Source: Ylistrum balloti (Eukaryota). From it: a stretch of 64,000 bases of DNA. The notes beneath the pieces were generated by a model. That model worked only from the letters and a program-made list of their open reading frames with translations. It searched no databases and had not been told where the DNA came from. A program made the position numbers and the translations under genes. Below, piece after piece: positions 48,344-60,479 of the stretch (its first letter is position 1; each line of letters opens with the position of its first letter). Location: positions 310,001 to 374,000 of the forward strand of contig NW_026782437.1 of NCBI RefSeq assembly GCF_031769215.1, given 5' to 3'.

Positions 48344-50957
48344 ATGCCACCTATAAAGAGAAAAAGTACAGAGGTCAGTATGGCAAAGAAACCAAGTCTT
48401 CGACGGGACAACACTCTGACTCTAGAATCATCAGACGAGTCGTCCCCTCTCAGTTCATCAAGGTCCGCGAGGCGCAGTACCTCAAAATTATCCTCATCTG
48501 TCTCCTCACTTAAACGGAAAGCGACGCTGGTATCCGAAGGATCCGGAATCTATTCATCCGTAGTCGCTCTTAATTCTGGCTCCAGTGTCGGTAAAACAGC
48601 GAGTTTGAAATCAGCTTCCCTTGGAAAGGATTGCGATGTCATACAGGTTTCCCCTTCGCTTTCTAAAAAAGCAAGTGGAAGTAAAACATCAGCAGCAGTT
48701 GATACATTACGTAAGTCTGTTTCTGAGTTAAAAGATCTAATGGAGACCACTTCATCAGTGAAGAGTTCCTTGTCGAAGAGGAAATCATCTCTCGTGAAAG
48801 AACCATCTCTGACGAAAACATCACTTTCCAAACGGAAGTCCAGTATCCCTGATGTGAATACCAGCAGCAATTCCACCACAACTCCACAACTCCACCACTA
48901 CCACCCGGTGGTCTCCTAGAGATCGCCATTTCATTTGATACCACCGGATCTATGTACGGCTGTCTAGAGGAAGTTCGTGGAAGAATCAAAGACATGGTTC
49001 AACGACTTCAGGCCGATATTCCAGGAATCAGAATAGCAATTATTGCACACGGAGACTATTGTGATGTGCATAATTACATTGTGAAATGGATTGATTTCGG
49101 GGCAACTGTTCCAGAGCTATGCGAGTTCGTGGAAACAGTTTCGCGCACCTGCGGTGGAGATGCGGACGAATGTTACGAACTCGTGCTTCGAAGGGCAAGA
49201 GAGGTGTTATCATGGACACCAGGAAGCCAACGCTCTCTAGTTGTAATAGGGGATTGTGCACCTCATGAAGTTGGGTATTCATATAACGGTTTTGTGAACG
49301 ACATAGATTGGCGTGTGGAGGCTCAAGAACTAAACAAAATGGTAATTGTCCTTTAATAAATGATCAATGATATATAGCCTTTTGTTGTATACTTATATAT
49401 GTAAATAAAGCATCATGCTTTAGTATGTTGTTAATACAGTACTTCAGTTTGAACATTCTTTATCAAAAAAATTAATGGGTTTAGTTTTGAAGTTTGAATG
49501 TTTGTCCAGTAATAATAAGATAAAACTTTAATTTATTTCAGGGTGTCAAGATATACAGTGTTTGTGTCAACGCCATACCGCTACTTTTTTATAATGTGAT
49601 AGCAAATAAGACAGGTGGAAAAACAATCCCTCTTGCTAGTTTCGGAATTCTGTTTGACATTCTGATGTCTATTTGTTACAAGGAAGGAGGACCAGACTTG
49701 TTTGAGGTAGGCACATCATTGATCATCATTCACCATTGTTGACCAATTAATAGATTTTAGATAACCATTTTTAATTAAGCTGTTGATACCGTTTGAAAAC
49801 CTACTGCATTGGCAATTCAGGTTAAGATATTTATGCTGCTAAAATAAATAGTATTTGAGCTATATATTAATATGAAAAGAAGGTAATACTATCATAACTA
49901 TTTTACAGGCTTATGAAGCAGAAGTGAGGGAAAGAAACAAACACAAGACAATGGACACAGCGCTTGAGGGAATGTTTACCTCTCTCGGGGGTAAGAAAAG
50001 TAGCTTCGGATTAGCCCCAGCATCACACATAGGGACCGGACTGCCAGCATTCAAACCATTGACTCTTCCAACGGGAACGGCTGGAATGTTTTCACTGGGA
50101 AAAACAACGACCCATAAGATAAAAACTGCTAAGAAAAATAAAACTACAAAGAAACAAACTAAAACTACAAAAAAGACAAAGGTAAGAATCTAAAAATTGT
50201 CTTTACCCTAAATATAGATAAATCATAATGATTATATTTAGGGGTACTTGATAAAAAAAAAAAAAAGATAAAAAGAACAAAAAAATACGTAGCTTAAGAA
50301 AACTTCGGTTTGAAATATCAGTGATTTCTATTATCTAAATAAGGCCCAGGGAAAAACTGGAATGGTGATTTTGAAATTGTTTTACAGGAAAGAAAAAGTA
50401 GAGGAAAGTCTGGAGGACGATTCAACAGGGAAAGTCTTACACACGCGAAATTTACAAAAGGACCTCTGAAGCGACTGGTATGGTCAAAATGGATGTTGGG
50501 GATTTCCAAAACCCAGTTTGCGAAAGCTGACGGACATGACATCAGCTTCACTCACCGCGATTGGTGTGACGCCTTTTGTAACAAAGGTATACTTACAGCG
50601 GACGATGTGAATGGCATTCCTGCAGTGTATGAGTTTGCTGTTCGTTTGTCTGGAAAGAAGAAACTGTACCCAGTGTTCTACAAGGTAACCACAGGAGTAC
50701 CCAAGGGCAGTAATTGGTTAAACTATCTCCTCTCACAGAAAAGGGTTCGCAACGTCATCAAAGATGTGGTGAATACTCACGCTGACGTCATGGTGAGGAA
50801 AGGCCAGTTTAAAACGAACAGATCTACATTCATTCAGAAAGTGTCACAGTTGATGTTTAAAAAGTATGACTACGCATGGGTAGGACATAGAGACAGAAAG
50901 ATGAAATTCCGGAATCTCAAGCGATGTGGAGTTCGGATTTCCAGCGATTCATACTGA
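48344..50957 (+). pseudogene. vWA + GIY-YIG-like family copy B, frameshifted chimera
   Basis: Exons 48344-49341 (998 nt = 990 + 8), 49542-49706, 49909-50181, 50388-50957. The duplication acaactcc (48878-48893) shifts the frame to TAG at 48917-48919. All splice sites are intact. Confidence 0.85.
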
Positions 50958-52059
50958 TCGTCATCCGTCAGCAAGGAGACAAATGGCAGCAATAAAACAC
51001 CAGTTTGACGTTATTGTCATAGGTTTATATGCCTCCATATCCATTATGCTCTTGTTTTTAAAACTGAAGAGAAATTAACATCATGTATTGTGGTTTTCTG
51101 ATATAAGAAGTTAATAGTTATTTTCTTTGACATTTATGCTTAATATATTTGTATCCTCCTTTTGAAACAAACACGCCACGTGCTAACTTTTCCGTACAAT
51201 AATGGACATCACGTTTACACCTTTTACTTTACCAATTGAAATTTGAAGTGAATCCGTCAACGTTTATAAGTTTTGGACCCGGGACTACAAGATCGCTCCA
51301 TCTATTATAATTTTTTATCAGAACGTTTAGTTTCTTTAATTTAGTTATTCAGCAGCCACTTGGCGATTAACTTTGATTTGGCTACAAGTTCAAATTTTGA
51401 ACATTTGTCTGAATACATAAAGCCATTGTTACATGTCAGGTAAATATTACAAAACATCGATTCCTGTTTTATGACATAAATGGTCTTTATTTATTTTCTT
51501 TTATTATTGTTATATATATATATATATATATATTATGTATGTGTAAAGGATGGTAATGCAGACATATTGTGTTTTATAGTGTATTGTTTTATCTTAGTAT
51601 AGAAATAAATGTTTTTTATTGTTCATGTAAAGTTCAGGTTTTATTCTATTTTCTTTCAGATAATGATTTCCCAATGAAATAAGAAAGAAACTATTCGTTT
51701 TCAATTAAGTTTTTACTAACTTCTTGCTATCAAAAAGCTAATGTGAACATTTCTTGCGATACGAATATGTTTTCTACCACATCAATGATACATCAATCCT
51801 TTTCTGTTTAAACAATCTGGTCGTATACAAAAAAATTGGTAAATCAGCCACCGGGACATTTCCAATTATTTGGTGCCAGCTAATAGGTTTTCGCTCTTGT
51901 ATCCTTACATCACTAAAATACATATTTGAACAACTTTAATTAAACGTTTCATTCTTCAATAAAAATGATAAAACAAGCTCTGTCCACTTGATAGAGGAGT
52001 CGAAGGCAGCACGCCTCCTTGTAATGGGTCTGTTTGGACTATTTAATCTACTGCGACTG

Positions 52060-52060
<1 letters not shown>

Positions 52061-52096
<36 letters not shown>

Positions 52097-52300
52097 CTAC
52101 TACTGTTTACACACACAACTACTACTATTTACATACACAACTACTGCTGTTTACACACACAACTACTACTACTATTTACACACACAACTACTACTATTTA
52201 CATACACAACTACTGTTTACACACACAACTACTACTATTTACACACACAACTACTATTTACATACACAACTACTACTGTTTACACACACAACTTCTACTG
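52061..52300. repeat. Compound (CA)n microsatellite, second copy
   Basis: Duplicate of 45413-45650. Confidence 0.95.
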
Positions 52301-52944
52301 TCTAACGTGTTGAAAAACTGTGGTTTTGGTTTCTTACAATGAAGGCAAAACGTTTCCTGAAAAATATCTGTCAAGGATGCAGAATTCGTGACAATCAGAA
52401 TCCACACAAAATGATACATAATTTTTGAAAACAATAACAAGCACTGACAGGAACATTTTAAGTTATATGCGAGTATGAAAAAATGCTATTTAAACATTGA
52501 TAATTGGGTAAAAATACAACATAAAATCTAAAAAATATCTATCAAAGCTAAATTATTGAAACGTGTTTGAGATTCATGTTTTTCTCTCCATAAAAGTATT
52601 TTTTCAAATCATTTTCCAGGAAATATTTTTTGATTGATTTCATTCGAATAGTGGCACTGTTCAGAATAAATTTCGGATGTATGAAAATTATCTAATTGAT
52701 TAAATTATTGGGCTAGTGCAACTTATAATTTGATTTAGAATTCGACATTTTTTCCCTATCAATTTTAATTTTCTTCTGTAGCCTATAAGTTTTTAAAGAA
52801 TATGCCGAAGAGTCATAGAAGAATGAAACAGTCGTATAATGTAATTTCGTTCATCATTTAGCACATCTGCATCTAATTGTAAATTTGTATTGAAATGTGC
52901 TGGCTACTACTGTGTATATTGTACAATTGTGAGTACGTTTGTTA

Positions 52945-53480
52945 AATCGGGAGGGTAAATGGGTATGTTGAACAGGGAATGTAAATACGTATGTTGAATA
53001 AGGAGGGAAAAGAAGTATGTTGAATAGGGAGTGAAAATGCATATATAAGATAGGGAGGATAACGAAGCATGATAAAAAGGTAAAGAGGCATGATAAATGG
53101 GGAGGTAAGTAGGTGTGATATATAGGGGCTGTAAATATGTATGACGGATAGGGAGGATAAAGACATATGTTGAATAGGGAGGGTAAAGAAGTATGATAAA
53201 TAGGGAAGGAGAAAAAGTATGGTGGATAGGCAGTTTAAAGAGGTATGATGAATAGGGAGGGTAATGAGGTATGATGAATAGGGAGGGTATAGAGGTATGA
53301 TGAATAGGGAGGGTAAAGAGGTATGTTGAATAGGGAGGGTAAAGAGATATGTTGAATGGGGAGGGTAAAGAGGTATGTTGAATAGGGAGGGTAAAGACAT
53401 ATGTTTAATAGGGAGGGTAAAGACACATATTGAATGGGGAGGGTAAAGACATATGTTGAAGTGGGTGGGTAAATGGGGAT
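52945..53480 (+). repeat. Purine-rich satellite upstream of copy C promoter
   Basis: Duplicate of 46300-46830. Confidence 0.9.
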
Positions 53481-53747
53481 GTCGAATGTGATTTTTCTAT
53501 TTGTAGCTGTTACTGTCTGTCGATATGTAATGAGAGAGTAATAGGTGTGGTTTTATGTTTGTACATTTTGTATTAGCGAGTATATGTGTTCTATTGATTA
53601 TGTTGCCTGTCAGGAAGTTCTTCCCACTGAAAACTGTTTAGTATACCTGCCTTTAACAGCGTACATACACACAACAATATTGATATGATTTAAATATCGT
53701 CATTTACTGCCCGGTGTCTGAATGCGCAAGGCTACACACATGGTATT

Positions 53748-53936
53748 GCACAATCGGAAGTTATATTTATATAAACGAAAATGCTGACACAGGTATCTAG
53801 TTAAATCGGGGTGCAAAACACGAATTAACTTGTCCTGGATTCCTGTTCAATGCGCATGCGGTAGGTTTATTATTAAGGTATTTCCCCGTCCTGCGTCGGT
53901 ATATATATAAATTATACAGATCTTTTAAACATCAAG
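53748..53936 (+). promoter_or_regulatory. Eroded promoter and exon 1 of copy C
   Basis: Essentially identical to the copy B promoter; donor at 53936/53937. Confidence 0.6.
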
Positions 53937-54990
53937 GTGAGTAATAACACTGAATTTGCTATCAGATTGACACTGTTACACGGTTTTATCTTAATGTAGT
54001 ACGCATACTCACTTTCCTAACAGTGTAAACAATAACATGTTTAAACGATCTAAATTATAAATGTTAGACTACAGCCGGGTGATTGACAACAGCAATATAC
54101 TTGTTAGTTCATGTTATCTATATGAATATTTTCGCTACGTCATTAAAGGTGATCCTTGGCCCAAGAGCACTCGCCAATTGGATTTGCTAATTTTTGTTAG
54201 TGAATGAATCAGTAACCACAAACTTCGGGTCAATTTTAACCCTACAGATTTTTCAATTAATCTATAAGCTTTACAATTTTTGGGAAATCTGAAATACATA
54301 ATTATTTTACATCAGCGTGCCTGTCAAAATTCACAGTAGAAAATTATTTTCGAAAATTGATAAGTACACTGGTGTTGGGACTAACTGTCCACGCAAAGCA
54401 GTAATCACCATTATTTTTATCTCCCCTTCTTCATATGCTTCCAGAAGGTTTAGATTTACGCTAAGATCAATTAGTAAAACAATAGTCAAAGCTAAGTTAG
54501 ATTTCGGTGTTTAAGTTTATTATTTCTTACAATGTAGATATGAATTCTATTAAGCTGTTTTGTAGTTTTTAATGATGTCGAAAATGATATGATATTCTGG
54601 TATAATGTGTAATATCTGCGTAAACACTCATTGTGATACCTGCTGCAAGTATAACTGGGATGATGTTTATAAATGGTTTTGTTGTCTATTGAGATAAAAT
54701 TGTTTCCGGTTATAGGATTGCACTACAGTACCGTTTTATAGTTTCGAAATGTACCGCATTTATTTTTGAATTCAAATCTTAAAATCAATTACTTTTCACC
54801 TTACAATCAACCACGTGAGCTTCAGTTCAAAATTAGGTCGGTGAGAAAAAGGTCACAGAAAAAAAACCTGTTCATTTACATGAGATATGAATTTATTATT
54901 TGAAAACAATTAATCTATTGCTCAAAACTGACAGTTAATAAAATTTTGATATTTAACATCTGTTAATGTCCTGATAATTATCTCTTTAAG

Positions 54991-57604
54991 ATGCCAGCTA
55001 TCAAGAGAAAAAGTACAGAGGTCAGTATGGCAAAGAAACCAAGTCTTCGACGGGACAACACTCTGACACTAGAATCATCAGACGACTCGTCCCCTCTCAG
55101 TTCATCAAGGTCCGCGAGGCGCAGTACCTCAAAATTATCCTCATCTGTCTCCACACTTAAACGGAAAGCGACGCTGGTATCCGAAGGATCCGGAATCTAT
55201 TCATCCGTAGTCGCTCTTAATTCTGGCTCCAGTGTCGGTAAAACAGCGAGTTTGAAATCAGCTTCCCTTGGAAAGGATTGCGATGTCATACAGGTTTCCC
55301 CTTCGCTTTCTAAAAAAGCAAGTGGAAGTAAAACATCAGCAGCAGTTGATACATTACGTAAGTCTGTTTCTGAGTTAAAAGATCTAATGGAGACCACTTC
55401 ATCAGTGAAGAGTTCCTTGTCGAAGAGGAAATCATCTCTCGTGAAAGAACCATCTCTGACGAAAACATCACTTTCCAAACGGAAGTCCAGTATCCCTGAT
55501 GTGAATACCAGCAGCAATTCCACCACAACTCCACAACTCCACCACTACCACCCGGTGGTCTCCTAGAGATCGCCATTTCATTTGATACCACCGGATCTAT
55601 GTACGGCTGTCTAGAGGAAGTTCGTGGAAGAATCAAAGACATGGTTCAACGACTTCAGGCCGATATTCCAGGAATCAGAATAGCAATTATTGCACACGGA
55701 GACTATTATGATGTGCATAATTACATTGTGAAATGGATTGATTTCGGGGCAACTGTTCCAGAGCTATGCGAGTTCGTAGGAACAGTTTCGCGCACCAACG
55801 GTGGAGATTTGGATGAATGTTACGAACTCGTGCTTCGAAGGGCAAGGGAAGTGTTATCATGGACACCAGGAAGCCAACGCTCTCTAGTTGTAATAGGGGA
55901 TGGTGCACCTCATGAAGTTGGGTATTCATATCAGGGCTTTGTAAACGACATAGATTGGCGTGTGGAGGCTCAAGAACTAAACAAAATGGTAATTGTCCTT
56001 TAATAAATGATCAATGATATATAGCCTTTTGTTGTATACTTATATATGTAAATAAAGCATCATGCTTTAGTATGTTGTTAGTACAGTACTTCAGTTTGAA
56101 CATTCTTTATCAAAAAAATTAATGGGTTTAGTTTTGAAGAGCAATCAATGGCTAGTGATATTCTAAATTAAGATATTTAACATATCACTTTTTATTTCAG
56201 GGTGTCAAGATATACAGTGTTTTTGTTGGCGGCTTGCCCATGCATTTTTATAAAGAGATAGCAAATGTGACAGGTGGAAGGCTAATTTCTCTTGCTGGCT
56301 TTGGAGTTCTGTTTGACATTCTGATGTCTATCTGTTACAAGGAAGGTGGATCTGATCTGTTTGAGGTAGGCACATCACTAACACTTTTGTTATAAACATA
56401 TTTACCATTACTGACTAATATACAGAAAATTGTCAAAGTTTTTTCTTTTTTACATTCGCCATTTTCCATAAGGCTCCGGGTCATATCTCGTTAGAAGTTT
56501 ATGATATCTAAATATTGCTATGTATTGTTATTACAAGAAGGTAATACTATCATAACTATTTTACAGGCTTATGAAGCAGAAGTGAGGGAGAGAAACAAAC
56601 ACAAGACAATGGCCACAGCGCTCGAGGGAATGTTTACCTCTCTCGGGAGTAAGAAAAGTAGCTTCGGATTAGCCACAGCATCACACATAGGGACCGGACC
56701 TCCATTGTTCACACCATTTACTTATCCAACGGGAATGGCCGGAATGCTTCCATTGGGAAAACTAATGATCCCCAAGATAAAAACGGCAAAAAAGCAAACT
56801 AAAGCTACAAAAAAGACAAAGGTAAGAATCTAAAAATTGTCGCTACACTAAATGTAAATAAACCATAATGACTATATTTAGGGATACTTGATAAAACAAA
56901 AACAATATGTAGCTTGAGAAAACTTCGGTTTGAAAAACAGTTAGAAAATGTGTTATTTAACAGTTTATGAACGATTTCTATTATCCAAAAAAGGCTCAGA
57001 GAAAGAGTGGAATAATGATTTTAAAACTGTTTTACAGAAAACAAAAAGCAGAAGGTCAGGAGGACGATTTAACAGGGAAAGTCTTACTGACATGGAATTT
57101 ATAAAAGGACCTCTGAAGCGACTGGTGTGGTCAAATTGGATGTTGGGGATTTCCAAAACCCAGTTTGCGAAGGCTGACGGACATGGTATCAACTTGACTC
57201 ACCGCGATTGGTGTGACGCCTTTTGTAACCATGGTATACTTACAGCGGACGATGTGAACGGCGTTCCTGCAGTGTATGAGTTTGCTGTTCGTTTGTCTGG
57301 AAAGAAGAAACTGTACCCAGTGTTCTACAAGGTAACCACAAGAGTACCCAAGGGCAGTCATTGGTTCAACTATCTCCTCTCACAGAAAAAGGTTCGCAAC
57401 GTCATCAAAGATGTGGTGAATACTCACGCTGACGTCATGGTAAGGAAAGGCCAGTTTAAAACGAACAGATCTACATTCATTCAGAAAGTGTCACAGCTGA
57501 TGTTTAACAAGTATGACTACGCATGGGTATGACAAAGAGACAGAAAGATGAAATTCCGGAATCTCAAGCGATGTGGAGTTCGGATTTCCGGCGATTCATA
57601 TTGA
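54991..57604 (+). pseudogene. vWA + GIY-YIG-like family copy C, divergent 3' half, frameshift plus nonsense codon
   Basis: Exons 54991-55988 (998 nt, same 8-bp duplication), 56201-56365, 56567-56821 (85 codons), 57038-57604. GGA>TGA at 57530-57532 follows DYAWV; the ancestral stop is at 57602-57604. Confidence 0.85.
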
Positions 57605-58629
57605 GTATCTTTCGCCAGAAAAGAGACCAATTAGATGGCAGCAATTAAAAAGCGTCTACCTGACGTTTTACTTAAAATCATCCGGATCATTTCATATATA
57701 CATCATATTTAAAAAGTCAAGATTTAAGTTTTCTTAAAATATTGATACTATTTTATATTTAATATTTTTCATCATTCATGATAAATGACACACCGCGTAC
57801 TAACTGCTCAGTAAAATTATGGACATCACATAAGGATTTAGCTTACAGAAATTTATCACTTCTGGGCGACAATCATCGTTGTGTTTTAGAATTTTATTAA
57901 TCTTGTTAGAAGTGGAAGTTTGTTTTGTTATGAATACAAAAATCCATTGTTTTCTCGTCATTTAGATCATCATAGATTTTATTTCCTTTGTTAACACGAA
58001 TATACCTTTGCAAGATGATGCAGTGATATCTGTGTACACGTATAGACCAGTCAATCTACGACAAAAATGGACCCAACCTCCAACTAATTGCAACAGAATT
58101 TATTTTGTGTTTTCCTTGCACGTACATATACACATGTCAACATATCAAAAGTCTAGAAAAATCTAAATAGGGCAAAGACTTTAAAATTGATTTTTATTTC
58201 GACACCATACCACAATTTTTTGGGGCTTTTGATTATTTGTTTCAGCCATAATCATCATGTTATGACAGAGTCAATAATATTTATAACATGATTTAATTTC
58301 ATGTCAACCGTATGCCTAGTCACTGAAAGATAATTCAAATATCAGGTTAACATTTTACTAAAAATGAGTATAATTAAATAGACATAATATAACCCCCCCC
58401 ACACACACACAAAATATAACCTAACACCCCCCCCCGGTCCACACAAATACTTTTCAAGATTTTTTTTTTTCAAGATTTCATTTAGCCACCCAGACACATG
58501 AAAATGTGTTCCATGAGGTACAAAAGTAATACCTATTAAACAGCACATGGCAAGATGGACAAAATATTTTTGGTTACAAACTTCGATTACAATTACATTT
58601 ATAATCAATAATAACTTGGTTTTGTATAA

Positions 58630-58990
58630 AATGCCTACTTATAGTACTTACACGTATAACACATTAACCTATAGCACTTACTCATTTAACACTTATAACA
58701 GTTATTCTTATAGCACTTATACCTAAGGCACTTATACATATAACAATTATACTTATAGCATTTATACCACTTTCACATAAAGCACTTATACTAATAGTAC
58801 TTAATACACCTAAAGCACTTATACCTATAGCATTTATATTTATACCACCTTCATATATAGCACTTTTAATTATAACACTCAAACCTTTATCACTTTTACC
58901 TCTGACACTTACACTTCTAACACTTGCACTTATAGCACTTACACTTTCAGCACTCATAGCACATATACTTATAGCACCTATACTTATTAT
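58630..58990. repeat. Low-complexity tandem repeat (tagcacttatacc-like)
   Basis: Recurrent agcacttata motif. It produces the I/S/A-rich ORF 58682..58993. Confidence 0.8.
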
Positions 58991-59800
58991 CAAATTATAG
59001 CAATTTTAGTCAATTTCCTAAGGGAAAGTTTAACATTACAGATACTACAGTGTAATAAGTCCAATCCAATACTAGGATTTTGGCGGTAGTACACGAATAT
59101 TTTACACGAATACGAACAGGTAGTGAAACTCGTCTCCTGTGTTATCATTACACAAATGACATATTCTGTTTTGTTTTGCCACACTATGCCATCTTCCATT
59201 TCCAATAGGAATATTTAAATTTGACATACGAAATTTAGTTAAAAACTTCCTATTCATCTCAGATAATTTTACCAAGTATTCTTCAAATCTAAATTCTTTC
59301 TTAAACAATAAGTAGGTCTGTCCTGTTGAAGAGAGTTCGGCATCTGAGAACCACTTCTGAACTACTGATCTTGAATACGTTATTTTATAGAGTATCTATA
59401 AAAAAACTCTCCATCATTGTTTTTCGTTAATAAAGATGTTTGAGCGACCCGATCCGTCAAAAATCTTTTTTACAAAAGTGATCCATTTAAAACTATGGAC
59501 TCCTTCAGTACGTAAATTTTGGATCAATTTGTAGAGTACACTACTATGTTTGTTTTCATTGAGTATAAGTCTATTCCAGAATGACAGCATTCTCAATTTA
59601 ATTTTAATTTCAAGGTGGAATCTTCCAAGCTCCCCATACACCATATAATTTGGGGTAATATTTCTTAATTTTAAAATTCTTTTACAAAATTTGAGATGAG
59701 TTTGTTCAATACGTTTGATGTCTTGAAATCCCCATACTTCTGATTCGTACATCATTTGACAATGTGTTTTCAAAAGTTATCAAATGTATCATTTATTACT
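58990..59800 (-). mobile_element. RTE-X-like non-LTR retrotransposon 3' fragment
   Basis: YESEVWG...IEQTHLKFCKRIL...MVYGELGR...FWNRL (59414..59773) and the C-terminal RICHLC...GDEFHYLF zinc-knuckle-like motif (59102..59308); frameshifted. Confidence 0.82.
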
Positions 59801-60479
59801 TATATTTCAACCAAACTTTTTCTGTTTCAGAGTTATAAGAAAGGTAATAGGTCAAATACGGCCCGATAAATTGAAAAAAATATCTTGAGGATACTCTTCC
59901 CTTATCAAAGGTTCCTTCAGAACCTTGCTAGGAATTTTTCATTTGGAAAAGCTTTCAATATAAAATTAAAGCATTTTGATAGACTTAGATTTTTAAATCA
60001 TATTACATCATTATATAGCATTGCTGAAATTAGAGACGCTTGTCCACATTTTCTTTGTGTTTTGCTTTTTCAATACTTTGGCGGTTAAATTTAAAAAACA
60101 TTAATCATACATACCGCCTTATAACATAAAAAAAACAATGCGTAACCTTTGCCAAATACTAGGCATAGCGTACAAGCGTTGATACATGCATTCCTTCAAA
60201 TTTATCATTCCTTATTTCCAGTCCCATGGATTCTGTATATTTGGTTTTGAATTTCAGAAACTTAGTAAACAAAATATTTCGCCATTAACCTGAAATCTCC
60301 CGTGTAAGAGCATTAGAAAACCATTGTGTGTGCCAATGTATTATTGGATTTCATATGAATCTGCATGAAAATCGAATCGAAACATTAAGGTACATTTATT
60401 TTTGTCATTTAGGTTAATAATGGAAGATTGAAAAAAGACATGCTTTATTTAGGTCTATGTGCATTGCTCTTCATCAACT

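Larger units (their letters stand above)
42845..56139. repeat. Tandem segmental duplication, two near-identical units of about 6.65 kb (42845-49492 and 49493-56139)
   Basis: ORF pairs offset by 6647-6650 bp (43276/49924, 43843/50493, 45106/51754, 46207/52854, 47670/54317). Only scattered SNPs and homopolymer-length differences are visible, except for a divergent patch in the vWA exon. Homology with the preceding unit ends after gttttgaag at 56139. Confidence 0.93.

Noticed and set aside
58682-58993. I/S/A-rich 103-aa ORF
   Set aside because: Translation of a short-period low-complexity repeat.
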